DNA of 64,000 bases from Candidatus Limnocylindria bacterium (lineage in GTDB: Bacteria > Chloroflexota > Limnocylindria > QHBO01): NCBI GenBank assembly GCA_036556325.1, contig DATBJR010000049.1, positions 24,538 through 88,537 of the forward strand, read 5' to 3'. The position numbers and the translations under genes were made by a program. Below, in pieces: positions 43,768 through 52,720 of the stretch. How positions within the stretch are numbered: the first letter of the stretch is position 1; each line of letters starts with the position of its first letter. The notes beneath the pieces were generated by a model. It was not told where the DNA came from and ran no database searches. It worked only from the letters and a program-made list of their open reading frames with translations.

Positions 43768-44696
43768 AGCCGGCCGAAGACCGGCTGCGCGGCACGTACG
43801 ATGGCCTGAGCATCCCCGTGGTCGAGTGCGGCACGCCACCGCTCGTCCAAGCGCACGTCGGACGGCGCCGACAGCCGCATCTGGTTTCCCAGCATGTGCT
43901 GCTCCTCGCCGATCGGCCGCAGCTCCGCGTCCGGGTCGACGCCGACGAAGCCGAAGGCAGCGCGCAGCGTTCCGCTGACGTCAGCGCACAGGTCCTCGTA
44001 GCGGATCCGCAGCTGACGCTCCCGCGGCAGCTCGCGCAGCTGTTGCTCGATGCTGTCGTTGGTCCGCGCCCACTCGCTGGCAATGCGCGGCAGCGGGTCG
44101 CTGCGCTTTCCGCGACGCAGGGTCGACTCCACCACGCCGCGGACGTCGCGGACGAGGTGGATGACGCGCGGCCGGACGGGCAGATAGCGTTCGAGGTACC
44201 GGATGCGCAGCCGCTCCTTGGAGGCATCGACGAAGACGGATGCCTCGGTCAGGTCCATCACCGCATTGGCCAGCGTCCAGCTGCGGGCGCCGACCTGGCG
44301 CATGTCGGCGGCCACGCCCAGCGGCGCGAGCGCCCGGTCCCGCAGCCGCTCGAGCGCCGGCCAGCGCAGGGAGCGCGCCTGGATGCGAGCCAGCGGCCCG
44401 TGGTGCGTCGTGTCGAAGCCGAGCTCGAAATCGGCCAGGTCCAGGTTGCCCATGCCCTTCGCTGCCACCCGCTCGCGAAGGCGCGACCAGAAGTCGCAGT
44501 CCACCATCCGCCGGCCGCAGGAGCAGCGGAAGGTATCCATCTGCCCGGCGCGCCGGCGGCCGGACACGTCGCTGATGGTCGCCACGGCCGGATGGCTGGC
44601 CAGCAGGAAGGAGAGCAGCGTCGAGCCGGAGTAGGGGCTCGAGGCCAGGAACACGTACCCGCGGCGTTCGCCGTCGTGCGCCGGTGCTCGCGTCAT
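43722..44696 (-). CDS. Sulfotransferase family protein (subfamily C, with Cys-rich insert)
   Basis: Internal ATG 44696. YVFLASSPYSGSTLLSFLLASHP PSB loop. CSCGRRMVDCDFW cysteine motif. VIHLVRDVRGVVES. Confidence 0.75.
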   Translation of the reverse strand: MTRAPAHDGERRGYVFLASSPYSGSTLLSFLLASHPAVATISDVSGRRRAGQMDTFRCSCGRRMVDCDFWSRLRERVAAKGMGNLDLADFELGFDTTHHGPLARIQARSLRWPALERLRDRALAPLGVAADMRQVGARSWTLANAVMDLTEASVFVDASKERLRIRYLERYLPVRPRVIHLVRDVRGVVESTLRRGKRSDPLPRIASEWARTNDSIEQQLRELPRERQLRIRYEDLCADVSGTLRAAFGFVGVDPDAELRPIGEEQHMLGNQMRLSAPSDVRLDERWRAALDHGDAQAIVRAAQPVFGRLYPDAAAASGSSSRP

Positions 44697-44728
44697 GCGA
44701 CCGGGGCGACTCCGGAACAAGCGCGGTT

Positions 44729-44746
44729 GTCGCGCCTGGGCGCGAC
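44729..44746. promoter_or_regulatory. Perfect palindrome GTCGCGCC-TG-GGCGCGAC in the divergent sulfotransferase intergenic region
   Basis: Read directly. 8-bp arms, centred about 40 nt upstream of the minus-strand gene start (44696). Confidence 0.25.
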
Positions 44747-44917
44747 GGCATACAGTTCGCGGACCGCCCAGCGCCGGGCGTGCACGGCGGCGCGGAGGGG
44801 CTCCACGGACTCGCATGGGAGACGACGGCGGACGATCATGGGCACTCCTGCAGCAGGCGGCGTGGCTGGCGGAGCCGGAGGGTACCACCGCGTCCGCGCG
44901 ATCGCCGGTGAGCCCCG

Positions 44918-45853
44918 TTGAGCTCGCAGGTTCGATCGGCCCCTCCTGCGGAGGCCATCTTCGTGGTCGGCGTGCATCGGAGCGGCACGACCCTCATGCG
45001 CAGCATCCTCAACGCATCGTCGCTGGTCGCCATCACCAACGAGAACCATTACTTCGGGCATCTGGCGACCGAGCGGGGCGTCGACGCGGCGGTGCGCCGC
45101 CTCGGCGATCTGCGCGACGACGCGGTCGTCGACCGCGTGGCGTCGGAGATCTACGACCGCGTGGCCAGGCGTCGCTGGTTCCGTGACCCCAGTCGCGCCT
45201 GGGTCTGGCTGACCCGTAACGTTCCGCGCGAGGAGTTCCACCAACGCCTGCTCGCGTCCGACCGCGGCGAGCGAGCCGTCTTCGACACGTTGCTGCGCCT
45301 TTACGCGGAGCGGCGCGGCAAGACCGTCATCGGCGAAAAGACGCCAGCCCACGTGCGCCACGGCGACACGCTGCTGCGCTGGTACCCCAGCGGAAGGATC
45401 GTGCACATGCTGCGCGACCCGCGGGCGATCTACGTCTCCGATCTCAGGCGGCGGCGCCAGGTGCCGGGATCGGCGCCGTACCGGGTCCTGAACCACGTCC
45501 CGGGCGGCCTGGCCGCCGTGCTGCTGGTGCAGACGACCCTCGCCTGGCTCGACAGCGTGGCCCGGCTGCGCGAGAACAGCCGACGCTTCCCGGGCCGCTA
45601 CCTGGTGGTGCGCTTCGAGGACCTCGTCACGGCGCCGCGGGCGACGGTGGAGCGCCTCTGCGAGTTCGTGGGTGTTCCCTTCGAGGAAGCCATGCTGGAC
45701 CGCGTGGTCGAGAGCCACGGCCAGGCGCTCGGCAGCCGGGGCTTCGATGCGGCGGCGGCCGACCGCTGGCGCACCCAGCTGTCGCCGCTCGCCCGTCGCT
45801 GGTTCCGCCTCTGGCTGGGGACGCGAATGCGCTCGCTCGGGTACGTGGACTGA
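44918..45853 (+). CDS. Sulfotransferase (Sulfotransfer_3, TPST-like subfamily B)
   Basis: FVVGVHRSGTTLMRSILN...ITNENHYF resembles the TPST PSB region GVPRSGTTLMRAML...CGEETRVI. IVHMLRDPRAIYVSDL. The TTG start at 44918 is uncertain. Confidence 0.8.
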   Translation: MSSQVRSAPPAEAIFVVGVHRSGTTLMRSILNASSLVAITNENHYFGHLATERGVDAAVRRLGDLRDDAVVDRVASEIYDRVARRRWFRDPSRAWVWLTRNVPREEFHQRLLASDRGERAVFDTLLRLYAERRGKTVIGEKTPAHVRHGDTLLRWYPSGRIVHMLRDPRAIYVSDLRRRRQVPGSAPYRVLNHVPGGLAAVLLVQTTLAWLDSVARLRENSRRFPGRYLVVRFEDLVTAPRATVERLCEFVGVPFEEAMLDRVVESHGQALGSRGFDAAAADRWRTQLSPLARRWFRLWLGTRMRSLGYVD

Positions 45854-45862
45854 GCCGCCCAC

Positions 45863-46840
45863 TCAGGCGGCCTGGTCGGCCACCATGGTGTCGGCCGACG
45901 GCGCGCGCCCGGTCAGGTCGTACCAGCGCTCCCGTGCCCGCCACAGCGCCATCTTCGCCGCGTTGACCGGGACGGTCCCGAGCGCGAACGCCAGGCGCTC
46001 CGACCCATCCAGCCGCGTGCCCGCGTCCTCGTAGCCCAGCGAGCGCATCTCGTCGCCTGCGGTGCGCTGCACGAAGGCGATCTCGCGCGGGCTCAGGACG
46101 TCGCGGAAGCGGCCGATCGATCGCGGCGAGATCTCGCCAGCCGAGAAGCGGCCGAAGGAGCTGTTGCCGCCCGCGTCACGGAAGTCGGCGGCGCCCGCCA
46201 TGCCGAGCATCGACGGGTCGAAGGGCTCACCGATGAACTCGCACACGGCTCTCAGCTCGCCCTCCGGATCGCGCACGAGGTGCTCGTACTGGAGGAAGCG
46301 GTACTGGCGCGGGTAGCGCTCGACGTTGCGCCGTCCGAGCTCGACCGAGGCGAGCCAGGCGGCGGTGGCCGAGCCCACGCCCCCGCGCCTCGACTTCCAG
46401 CGCTTGACGGCCGACGCGTACCGATCGCGTGGATCGCGCAGCATGTGGAGGATCCGCGCTTCGGGGAAGCATTCGAAGACACGATCCGCGTAGCGCTCGG
46501 TGTGCAGCGACTTGTCGCCCCAGCGCGGGCGACCGACGCGCTCGGCGTGCTGCGACTCCAGCAGGTCGAACAGGCGACAGTACGAACGCTCGCCGGCCCG
46601 GAAGTCCGCCTCGAGCCGATCGAAGTCCGGCTCGAGCTTGCGGTGGCGCCGATACTGGCGCATCTCGGCCAGGATGCGTCGCAGCGCCTCGTCCTGGCCC
46701 AGGTCGCCGAACCGACCGTCGAAGTAGGTCCACCAGTTCGTGCGGCGGGTCATGGCGATGCGCGGATGCGAGGCGAGCAGCGCGAAGATCAGGCTCGTGC
46801 CCGTGCGCTCCAGCCCACCGATCAGGATCGGACCCGACAC
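45863..46840 (-). CDS. Sulfotransferase (Sulfotransfer_3-like, subfamily A)
   Basis: ILIGGLERTGTSLIFALLASHP. RILHMLRDPRDRYASAV. Alignable by eye with 39869-40879 over most of its length (WTYFDG.FGDL, RPRWGD.S, ERYAD..F). Confidence 0.8.
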   Translation of the reverse strand: MSGPILIGGLERTGTSLIFALLASHPRIAMTRRTNWWTYFDGRFGDLGQDEALRRILAEMRQYRRHRKLEPDFDRLEADFRAGERSYCRLFDLLESQHAERVGRPRWGDKSLHTERYADRVFECFPEARILHMLRDPRDRYASAVKRWKSRRGGVGSATAAWLASVELGRRNVERYPRQYRFLQYEHLVRDPEGELRAVCEFIGEPFDPSMLGMAGAADFRDAGGNSSFGRFSAGEISPRSIGRFRDVLSPREIAFVQRTAGDEMRSLGYEDAGTRLDGSERLAFALGTVPVNAAKMALWRARERWYDLTGRAPSADTMVADQAA

Positions 46841-46846
46841 GTCAGC

Positions 46847-47701
46847 TCACTCCCATGCCAATGACGGCCCCAGGTGGCGCGATCGTCGTCGCCAGGACAG
46901 CTGGCCCAGCTGCCAGCGGGAGGCATCGGCCAACCGCTGCGGAAGCATACCGGCCCGACCGGCAACCGGCCGCAATGCGTACCCGTGGGCCCGCATCTCC
47001 GGGCTCGCGTGGGCCTGCACGAATGCGATGTCACGCTCCGCCAGGGGCTCGCCCGGGGATGGGGGCAGTGTGCCGATCAGCGCCGGATCGAACGCCTCGC
47101 CGACGAAGGCGCACATCTCGCGCAGGGTCCGCTCCGGGTCGCCGGCCAGGTCCTCGTAGCGAACGACGCGGAACGCGTCTGGCCGCTGCGCCACGCCCGT
47201 GGTACCGGCGCGCGCAGACGCGATCCAGGCGGCCGTTTCGGCGCCCAGGCCGCCGCGGCCGACGGTCCCACGCGCCAGCATCTCGGCGTACCGGTCGCGC
47301 GGATCGCGGACGAGCTGGACGATCCGCGCCTCGGGCAGCTCCTCCAGCACCCGGCTCGCCCCGAGCTCCAGCAGGGCCTCCTGCAGCCCCCATCGGCTCG
47401 TGCCCGCTCGCTCACAGACCTGTCGCCCGAGCTCGCGTACCAGCGCCGCGAAGTCGCCGCCGGAGGCTGACGCGGACAGGCGGTCGCGGTCCAGCGGCGA
47501 CGTCATGGCCCCGCTCGCCTCGAGGGCTTCGATGACGCGCTGACGACCCTCGGGACCGCCGGCGAACCAGCCGCGCAGCCGCGTCCACAGCTCGACGTGA
47601 CGAACGATGTGGATCGAGGGGTGCGCCTCGAGCATCCCCCGAAGCGCTGTCTTGCCGCTGTGGTCGAGGCCCGCCAACAGGATCGGCGCGGCCTCCCTCA
47701 C
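46847..47701 (-). CDS. Sulfotransferase (Sulfotransfer_3-like, subfamily A)
   Basis: GTG 47701 overlaps the wzy-like stop (GTGA). ILLAGLDHSGKTALRGMLEAHP. RIVQLVRDPRDRYAEML. Confidence 0.75.
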   Translation of the reverse strand: MREAAPILLAGLDHSGKTALRGMLEAHPSIHIVRHVELWTRLRGWFAGGPEGRQRVIEALEASGAMTSPLDRDRLSASASGGDFAALVRELGRQVCERAGTSRWGLQEALLELGASRVLEELPEARIVQLVRDPRDRYAEMLARGTVGRGGLGAETAAWIASARAGTTGVAQRPDAFRVVRYEDLAGDPERTLREMCAFVGEAFDPALIGTLPPSPGEPLAERDIAFVQAHASPEMRAHGYALRPVAGRAGMLPQRLADASRWQLGQLSWRRRSRHLGPSLAWE

Positions 47702-49164
47702 GGGCGCAGCGGGGCGGGGACGGTCCAGCCGATGCGGACAACCTCTTCGGGCCGCGAGCCGCGGGTCAGCACGACGTGGATCAGGCCGAGGCACAGCCAC
47801 CACAGCGAGGTGCCCCAGGTGCTGGAGTGGAGCATGTCCATGAAGTTCATGACCACGAACTCATGGCCGAGGGCGAGCCACATCGCGATCAGCAGCGCCC
47901 CGTGTAGTGGGTCGCGACTGGTCACCTGGCGCCAGCGGCGCAGCGTGAGCCAGAGGAGCCACGCCACCGGGAAGAGGTAGAGGATCAGCGCCGGCAGGCC
48001 GTTTTCGGCGGCCAGGGCCAGGAAGGTGTGATGCGCGCTTCCCTCCTGGGCGGGCATGTTGCCGACCCGGACCTTCAGCGACTCGTCGAACAGCTCGAAG
48101 TTGTCGTAGCCGAAGCCGAGAGCCGGCCGCAGCTGGATCATGCGGATGGCCGCGTTGTTCGTCACCAGCCGCGATTCGGCGGTGTCCGCATCGGCGAACC
48201 GGGTCGCCGCGAACGCGGCGATCGCGCCGCCGCTGGCCACCACCAGGACGACCAGCACGATGCCGAACAGGCCACCGAGCTTGGCTGCCACGCCACGCCG
48301 GAAGATCAGCAGGCCCAGCAGCACGGCCGCAGCCCCGAGCCAGGATCCCCGCGAGAAGGAGATGGCCACGCCGATGAACGCCATCGCGATCACGGCAAAC
48401 AGCCCCCAGCGGGCCAGCTCGCTGCGGCGGACCTCCAGGAAGGCGACAGCCATCATGGCACCGACCATCAGCGTCGCCGTGTACGGTGCCGGGCCGCGCA
48501 CCGTACCGACCGTTCGTTCGCCGGCTCGTCCCAACCACTCAGCGGGCAGCACCGATGGCGCCAGCCAGCTGAGCGCGCCAACCGCGAACTGGAGCACCAC
48601 CAGGCCGATGAACATCCACAGCAGCCATTGGAGCTCCCGCTCGCGCGGTTCGGTGACGCGGATGAGCCAATACAGCGCAATGGGAATGACCAGCTTGTCG
48701 TAGAAGTTCGCCATCTCGCGCACCGGGTTGCCGGTGAGCAGCTGGACGTTGACAAAGGCGAGGATGAGGAATCCGACAATCGCCACATCGGTCAGGCTCA
48801 GGCGGAAGTAGCTGCGACTCAGGCCGAGCATCCGGTACGCCAGGGCGACGATGAGCATGACCGGGACGAGCAGCCGCTCGATCAACCATGTCTCCGGCCC
48901 TGACGCCGGTCCGGCCACCGCCGTGCCGCCGCCAACGGCGAACAACGGCTCCAGGGCGACGTACACCAGCACCGCCGTCCACGGGTAGCGGAAGAGGAGA
49001 ATGACGAGGGGCAGGGCCACGGCGACGACGAACGTCGTGCGGTCGTGCCCCTGCGCGGCCAGCCATCCGACGACCAAGGCGAGGACGACGCCGGTCGCGA
49101 CCAGCGGCCAGCCAACGCGGCCGGGTCCGCGGAACGTGGCGAGCGGTTGGCGAGCGACGGCCAT
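47698..49164 (-). CDS. wzy: O-antigen ligase/polymerase (Wzy_C) family membrane protein
   Basis: Ten or more TM helices. Large loop with GSAHHTFLALAAENGLPAL, matching the aHN.yL...E.G pattern of the Wzy_C/O-antigen ligase domain. Start at ATG 49164 preferred. Confidence 0.75.
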   Translation of the reverse strand: MAVARQPLATFRGPGRVGWPLVATGVVLALVVGWLAAQGHDRTTFVVAVALPLVILLFRYPWTAVLVYVALEPLFAVGGGTAVAGPASGPETWLIERLLVPVMLIVALAYRMLGLSRSYFRLSLTDVAIVGFLILAFVNVQLLTGNPVREMANFYDKLVIPIALYWLIRVTEPRERELQWLLWMFIGLVVLQFAVGALSWLAPSVLPAEWLGRAGERTVGTVRGPAPYTATLMVGAMMAVAFLEVRRSELARWGLFAVIAMAFIGVAISFSRGSWLGAAAVLLGLLIFRRGVAAKLGGLFGIVLVVLVVASGGAIAAFAATRFADADTAESRLVTNNAAIRMIQLRPALGFGYDNFELFDESLKVRVGNMPAQEGSAHHTFLALAAENGLPALILYLFPVAWLLWLTLRRWRQVTSRDPLHGALLIAMWLALGHEFVVMNFMDMLHSSTWGTSLWWLCLGLIHVVLTRGSRPEEVVRIGWTVPAPLRP

Positions 49165-49259
49165 GTGAGGAACGGTCCAGCTGCTGCGTCGAAGCCGCAG
49201 TGTACCGGCGCATGACCCGAAATGCCGCATCGGGCACGCCGGATGGCAACATTGTGGTG

Positions 49260-50450
49260 ATGGATGGCACCGTGTTGCATCTGCTGGCCAACCTGGATCG
49301 CGGCGGCGCGCAGGAAGTGGTGCGCACGCTGGTCGCGGCGCTGCCGCCGACCGGCTGGCGCCCGCTGGTCGCGACCTTCCGCGACGGGCCCCTGCGGGCC
49401 GAGATCGAGCAGACCGGAATCGGGGTGCGGGTGCTCCCGGGCCGGACGCGGTCGGTCGGGGCGCCGCTCCAAGCGCTGGCTGAGATCGGCGCCATCCGCC
49501 GGGAGCTGGCGCGCGTCACCCGCCAGGATGGAGTGGACGTCGTCCAGACCCACCTGCTCGGCAGCCTGGACTTCGTGGCGCTGGCCGCGCGGGCCGGCGA
49601 CCGCCAGGCCCTGCTGTGGACAGTCCACAACGCCATCCTCGACCTGCGAGCCGACCAGCTGCCCGCTGGCCAGCGCTGGCTGCTGAGCGGGAAGCGGGCC
49701 GCGTACCGGTTCGCCTATCGGCTCGGTGGGCGGCTGGCGGACGGCTTCGTGGCCGTCTCGGATGACGTCGCATCGGCGATCACCGCCGCCTACCGGCCAC
49801 CTCGCGAGCGGCTGTTCGTCATTCCCAATGGCGTCGAAATGGCCCGCTACGCCAGCCGTGACGCCCGTGCCGCGACCCGTGCCGATCTGGGGCTCGCGCC
49901 CGACGCCAGGCTGCTGATCGTCGTGGCCAAGCTGTTCGCGCAGAAGGGCCACGCGGTGCTGCTCGATGCGCTCGGCTCCGTCGCCCTGCGTGCCGGCGAC
50001 GTCGTCCTGCTGGTGGGTGAGGGGCCCGAGCGCGAGCACCTGGAGCGCGTGGCGCGGGATCGCGGGCTGCGCGCCGTCCGGTTCGCGGGCAACCGCCCGG
50101 ACGTCCCCGCCCTCCTGGCGGCCAGCGACCTGTTCGTGCTGCCGTCGCTGTGGGAGGGCCTGCCCATGGCGCTGCTCGAGGGGATGGCGTCCGGTCTGCC
50201 GGTGGTCGCCACCGACGTCGCCGGCAGCCGCCAGGTGGTCGTCCCCGGCGAATCCGGCGTGCTTGTCCCGCCCGGTGACGCGCCGGCCCTGGCCAGCGCC
50301 ATCAACGCATTGCTCGACGACGACGGACAGCGCTCACGCCTGGCCCAGGGAGCCCGGCAAAGGGTGAAGGCCGAGTTCAGCTCGGCGCGCCAGGCGGAGC
50401 GACACGCGGCGGCGTACGAGGCTGTTCAGGCTCGTCGTCAGCGGCGGTAG
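49260..50450 (+). CDS. Glycosyltransferase family 4 (GT-B)
   Basis: LVGEGPEREHLE..., LFVLPSLWEGLPMALLEGMASGLPVVATDVAG (EX7E region). Internal ATG 49260. Confidence 0.85.
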   Translation: MDGTVLHLLANLDRGGAQEVVRTLVAALPPTGWRPLVATFRDGPLRAEIEQTGIGVRVLPGRTRSVGAPLQALAEIGAIRRELARVTRQDGVDVVQTHLLGSLDFVALAARAGDRQALLWTVHNAILDLRADQLPAGQRWLLSGKRAAYRFAYRLGGRLADGFVAVSDDVASAITAAYRPPRERLFVIPNGVEMARYASRDARAATRADLGLAPDARLLIVVAKLFAQKGHAVLLDALGSVALRAGDVVLLVGEGPEREHLERVARDRGLRAVRFAGNRPDVPALLAASDLFVLPSLWEGLPMALLEGMASGLPVVATDVAGSRQVVVPGESGVLVPPGDAPALASAINALLDDDGQRSRLAQGARQRVKAEFSSARQAERHAAAYEAVQARRQRR

Positions 50451-51346
50451 CCGAATTCCTCCAGGTCGCGGCCGCAGAGGAGCGACAGCCAGCGTTCCGT
50501 GCTGCGGGGAAGCCGCCCGCGCCAGCGCTCGGCCGCCGCGCGGTCGATGCCCGCGCCGGATCGCTTGGGCGCGTAGCTCGAGTTGTGGACGACCTGGTCG
50601 AGCATGTCGGGCTGGAACGGAATGCCGATGAAGTCGCAGAGATCGGCGACGACCCGCTCCGGATCGGCCAGCAGGTCCTCGAAGCGCTGCAGCCGGTAGC
50701 GGTCCGGGTACGCGGCGGCGTAGCGCCGGTGGAGCCGGGCCATCTGCCGCCAGCGAAACGCCAGCGCAGTGCTGGCGTACAGCTCGAACAACGGCCCGCT
50801 GCGACGCGCCAGCCGGCCCCATCGGCCGAGGGCCTCGTCGCGTTCCTTCTGCCGCAGCGAGACGTAGATCGCCCGCGGGTCGCGAAAGGTGTGCACGACG
50901 CGCGCCCCTGGGAACCAGGCGAGCAGCGTCGGCACCGCGGTGATGTGCTCCGGCGTCTTGTCGCCGGCAACCGGCCGTCCGCCGGCAAAGGTCCGCATGG
51001 CGGCCTCGAAGAGCCCGCGTTCCGAGCGCTCGCCCTCGCGCAACGCCCGCTCGAACGCCACCCGGTCGACCGTCGCCGCGAACCGCGACCAGAAGCTCTT
51101 GCCTCGCGATGCGTAGACCGCGTCCACGACGCGCGCGAGGCCGGCGTCGGTCCGCAGGTCGCCGGCCGCGGCGAACCGCTCCGCGGCCCCCCGCCGGCCA
51201 TCGGCCGGCGAGCGCCTGCCCAGGAAGTGGGTCTCGCCGGCGAGGCGCACCAGCGGCGAGCGGTTGAGGATGCGGTGCGTCAGCGTCGAGCCGGTCCGTG
51301 GCAGGCCGGCGATGAAGACGTGCGTCGCCGTCGTGGTGTCGGGCAT
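50438..51346 (-). CDS. Sulfotransferase (Sulfotransfer_3, TPST-like subfamily B)
   Basis: VFIAGLPRTGSTLTHRILN...AGETHFLG. VVHTFRDPRAIYVSL. 302 aa. Confidence 0.8.
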   Translation of the reverse strand: MPDTTTATHVFIAGLPRTGSTLTHRILNRSPLVRLAGETHFLGRRSPADGRRGAAERFAAAGDLRTDAGLARVVDAVYASRGKSFWSRFAATVDRVAFERALREGERSERGLFEAAMRTFAGGRPVAGDKTPEHITAVPTLLAWFPGARVVHTFRDPRAIYVSLRQKERDEALGRWGRLARRSGPLFELYASTALAFRWRQMARLHRRYAAAYPDRYRLQRFEDLLADPERVVADLCDFIGIPFQPDMLDQVVHNSSYAPKRSGAGIDRAAAERWRGRLPRSTERWLSLLCGRDLEEFGYRR

Positions 51347-51490
51347 GGGGCCCTATTGTGCCCGGCGCCGGCGGTCGAGCCAGGGTCATCCGCGTGATCG
51401 ACAGGCCGCATCTGCAAGAATGGCGCGGTCCCAGGCCCGGCCGAGTCGCGGCCGCCGGGCGCGAACCAAGCGCGAGGGAGGCGTCAGCGC

Positions 51491-52720
51491 GTGCTCCGGC
51501 TCACCTATCTCCATGGCCGATATCCAGTCCTGACCGAGACGTTCATCGACCGGGAGATCCAGCGCCTTCTCGACCGCGGGGTCGATCTGCGGATCGTCTC
51601 CATCCGTCGACCCAGCGACGATCTGTCGGCGACGCAACGGGAGATGAGCCAACGTGTCGAATACCTCCTGCCCGCGGCGCCGCACCGGGTCGCCACCGCC
51701 ATGGCGTGGGGCCTCTTCCGCCATCCCCGGACGTTCCTCTGGACGCTGGCCTGGCTGCTGTCGCGGCGCCATCCGCCCGGGACGCGGAGCCGGACCGCCC
51801 TGCATTTCGTCACCGGTGTCTATGCCGCCTGGCGGCTGCGCGATCGGCGCGGAGTGCACATCCACGCGCACTTCGTGGATCGGGCTGCCACGGTGGCACT
51901 GGTGGCGTCACGGTTGCTCGGGACGAGCTACAGCGTCACGGCCCATGCCCAGGAGATCTACGTCAACCCGGTCCTGCTCAGGGAGCGCATCAGCGAGGCC
52001 GCCTTTGCGGTGACCTGCACCGAGTACAACCTTCGGCACCTGCGCACCGAGCTCGGTGCCAGGGCGACACGGCGGCTGCATCGGCTGTACCACGGCATGG
52101 ACCTGGCGGTGGATCGCGAGGCCGATGGCGACGGTGCCGAGCGCGACCCGCGGCTCATCATCTCCATTGCCCAGCTGTGGGAGCGCAAGGGCCTGCGCTA
52201 CCTGGTGGAGGCCTGCGGCGTGCTGCGCGACCGCGGGGCCGACTTCCGCTGCGAGATCGTGGGCGACGGGCCGCAGCGTGGCGAGCTGCAGTCGCTCATC
52301 AAGCGCCTCGACCTCGTCGACCGGGTGGTGCTGACAGGCCCGCAGCCGTATCCGGAGGTCGTTCGGCGCTACCGGCGGGCGAGCGTGTTCGTCCTGCCCT
52401 GCATCGTCACCGAGGAGGGCGACCGCGACGGGATCCCGAACGTGATCCTGGAGGCCATGGCCAGCCGCCTGCCGGTCGTGTCGACGGCGGTGTCCGGCAT
52501 TCCCGAGGTGATCCACGACGGCGAGACCGGCCTCGTGGTGCCACAGCGCGACCCCGCCGCGATCGCCGACGCCGTCGCGCGCCTGGAAGCCGACCCTGGT
52601 CTGGCCGCGGCCATCGGCGAACGCGCCAACACGCTCGTCCGCGCCGAGTTCGACCCGGAGCGCAACGTGGGCCGCCTGCTCGAGCTGTTCGAGGCGGTTG
52701 GCGGCACCCCGGCGCCGTGA
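51491..52720 (+). CDS. Glycosyltransferase family 4 (WcaL-like)
   Basis: ERKGLRYLVEA..., IVGDGPQRGEL, VFVLPCIVTEEGDRDGIPNVILEAMASRLPVVSTAVSGIPE. Confidence 0.8.
   Translation: MLRLTYLHGRYPVLTETFIDREIQRLLDRGVDLRIVSIRRPSDDLSATQREMSQRVEYLLPAAPHRVATAMAWGLFRHPRTFLWTLAWLLSRRHPPGTRSRTALHFVTGVYAAWRLRDRRGVHIHAHFVDRAATVALVASRLLGTSYSVTAHAQEIYVNPVLLRERISEAAFAVTCTEYNLRHLRTELGARATRRLHRLYHGMDLAVDREADGDGAERDPRLIISIAQLWERKGLRYLVEACGVLRDRGADFRCEIVGDGPQRGELQSLIKRLDLVDRVVLTGPQPYPEVVRRYRRASVFVLPCIVTEEGDRDGIPNVILEAMASRLPVVSTAVSGIPEVIHDGETGLVVPQRDPAAIADAVARLEADPGLAAAIGERANTLVRAEFDPERNVGRLLELFEAVGGTPAP

Noticed and set aside
36559-47701. RiPP/lasso-peptide-like signature: an NTP_transf_5-type nucleotidyltransferase, a kinase and sulfotransferases are accessory genes in some lasso peptide clusters
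   Set aside because: There is no Asn-synthetase-like cyclase, no PqqD/RRE, no transglutaminase-like protease, no ABC exporter and no plausible short precursor ORF. The surrounding genes are classical glycan-assembly genes. TPST-like subfamily B still leaves peptide sulfation formally open.
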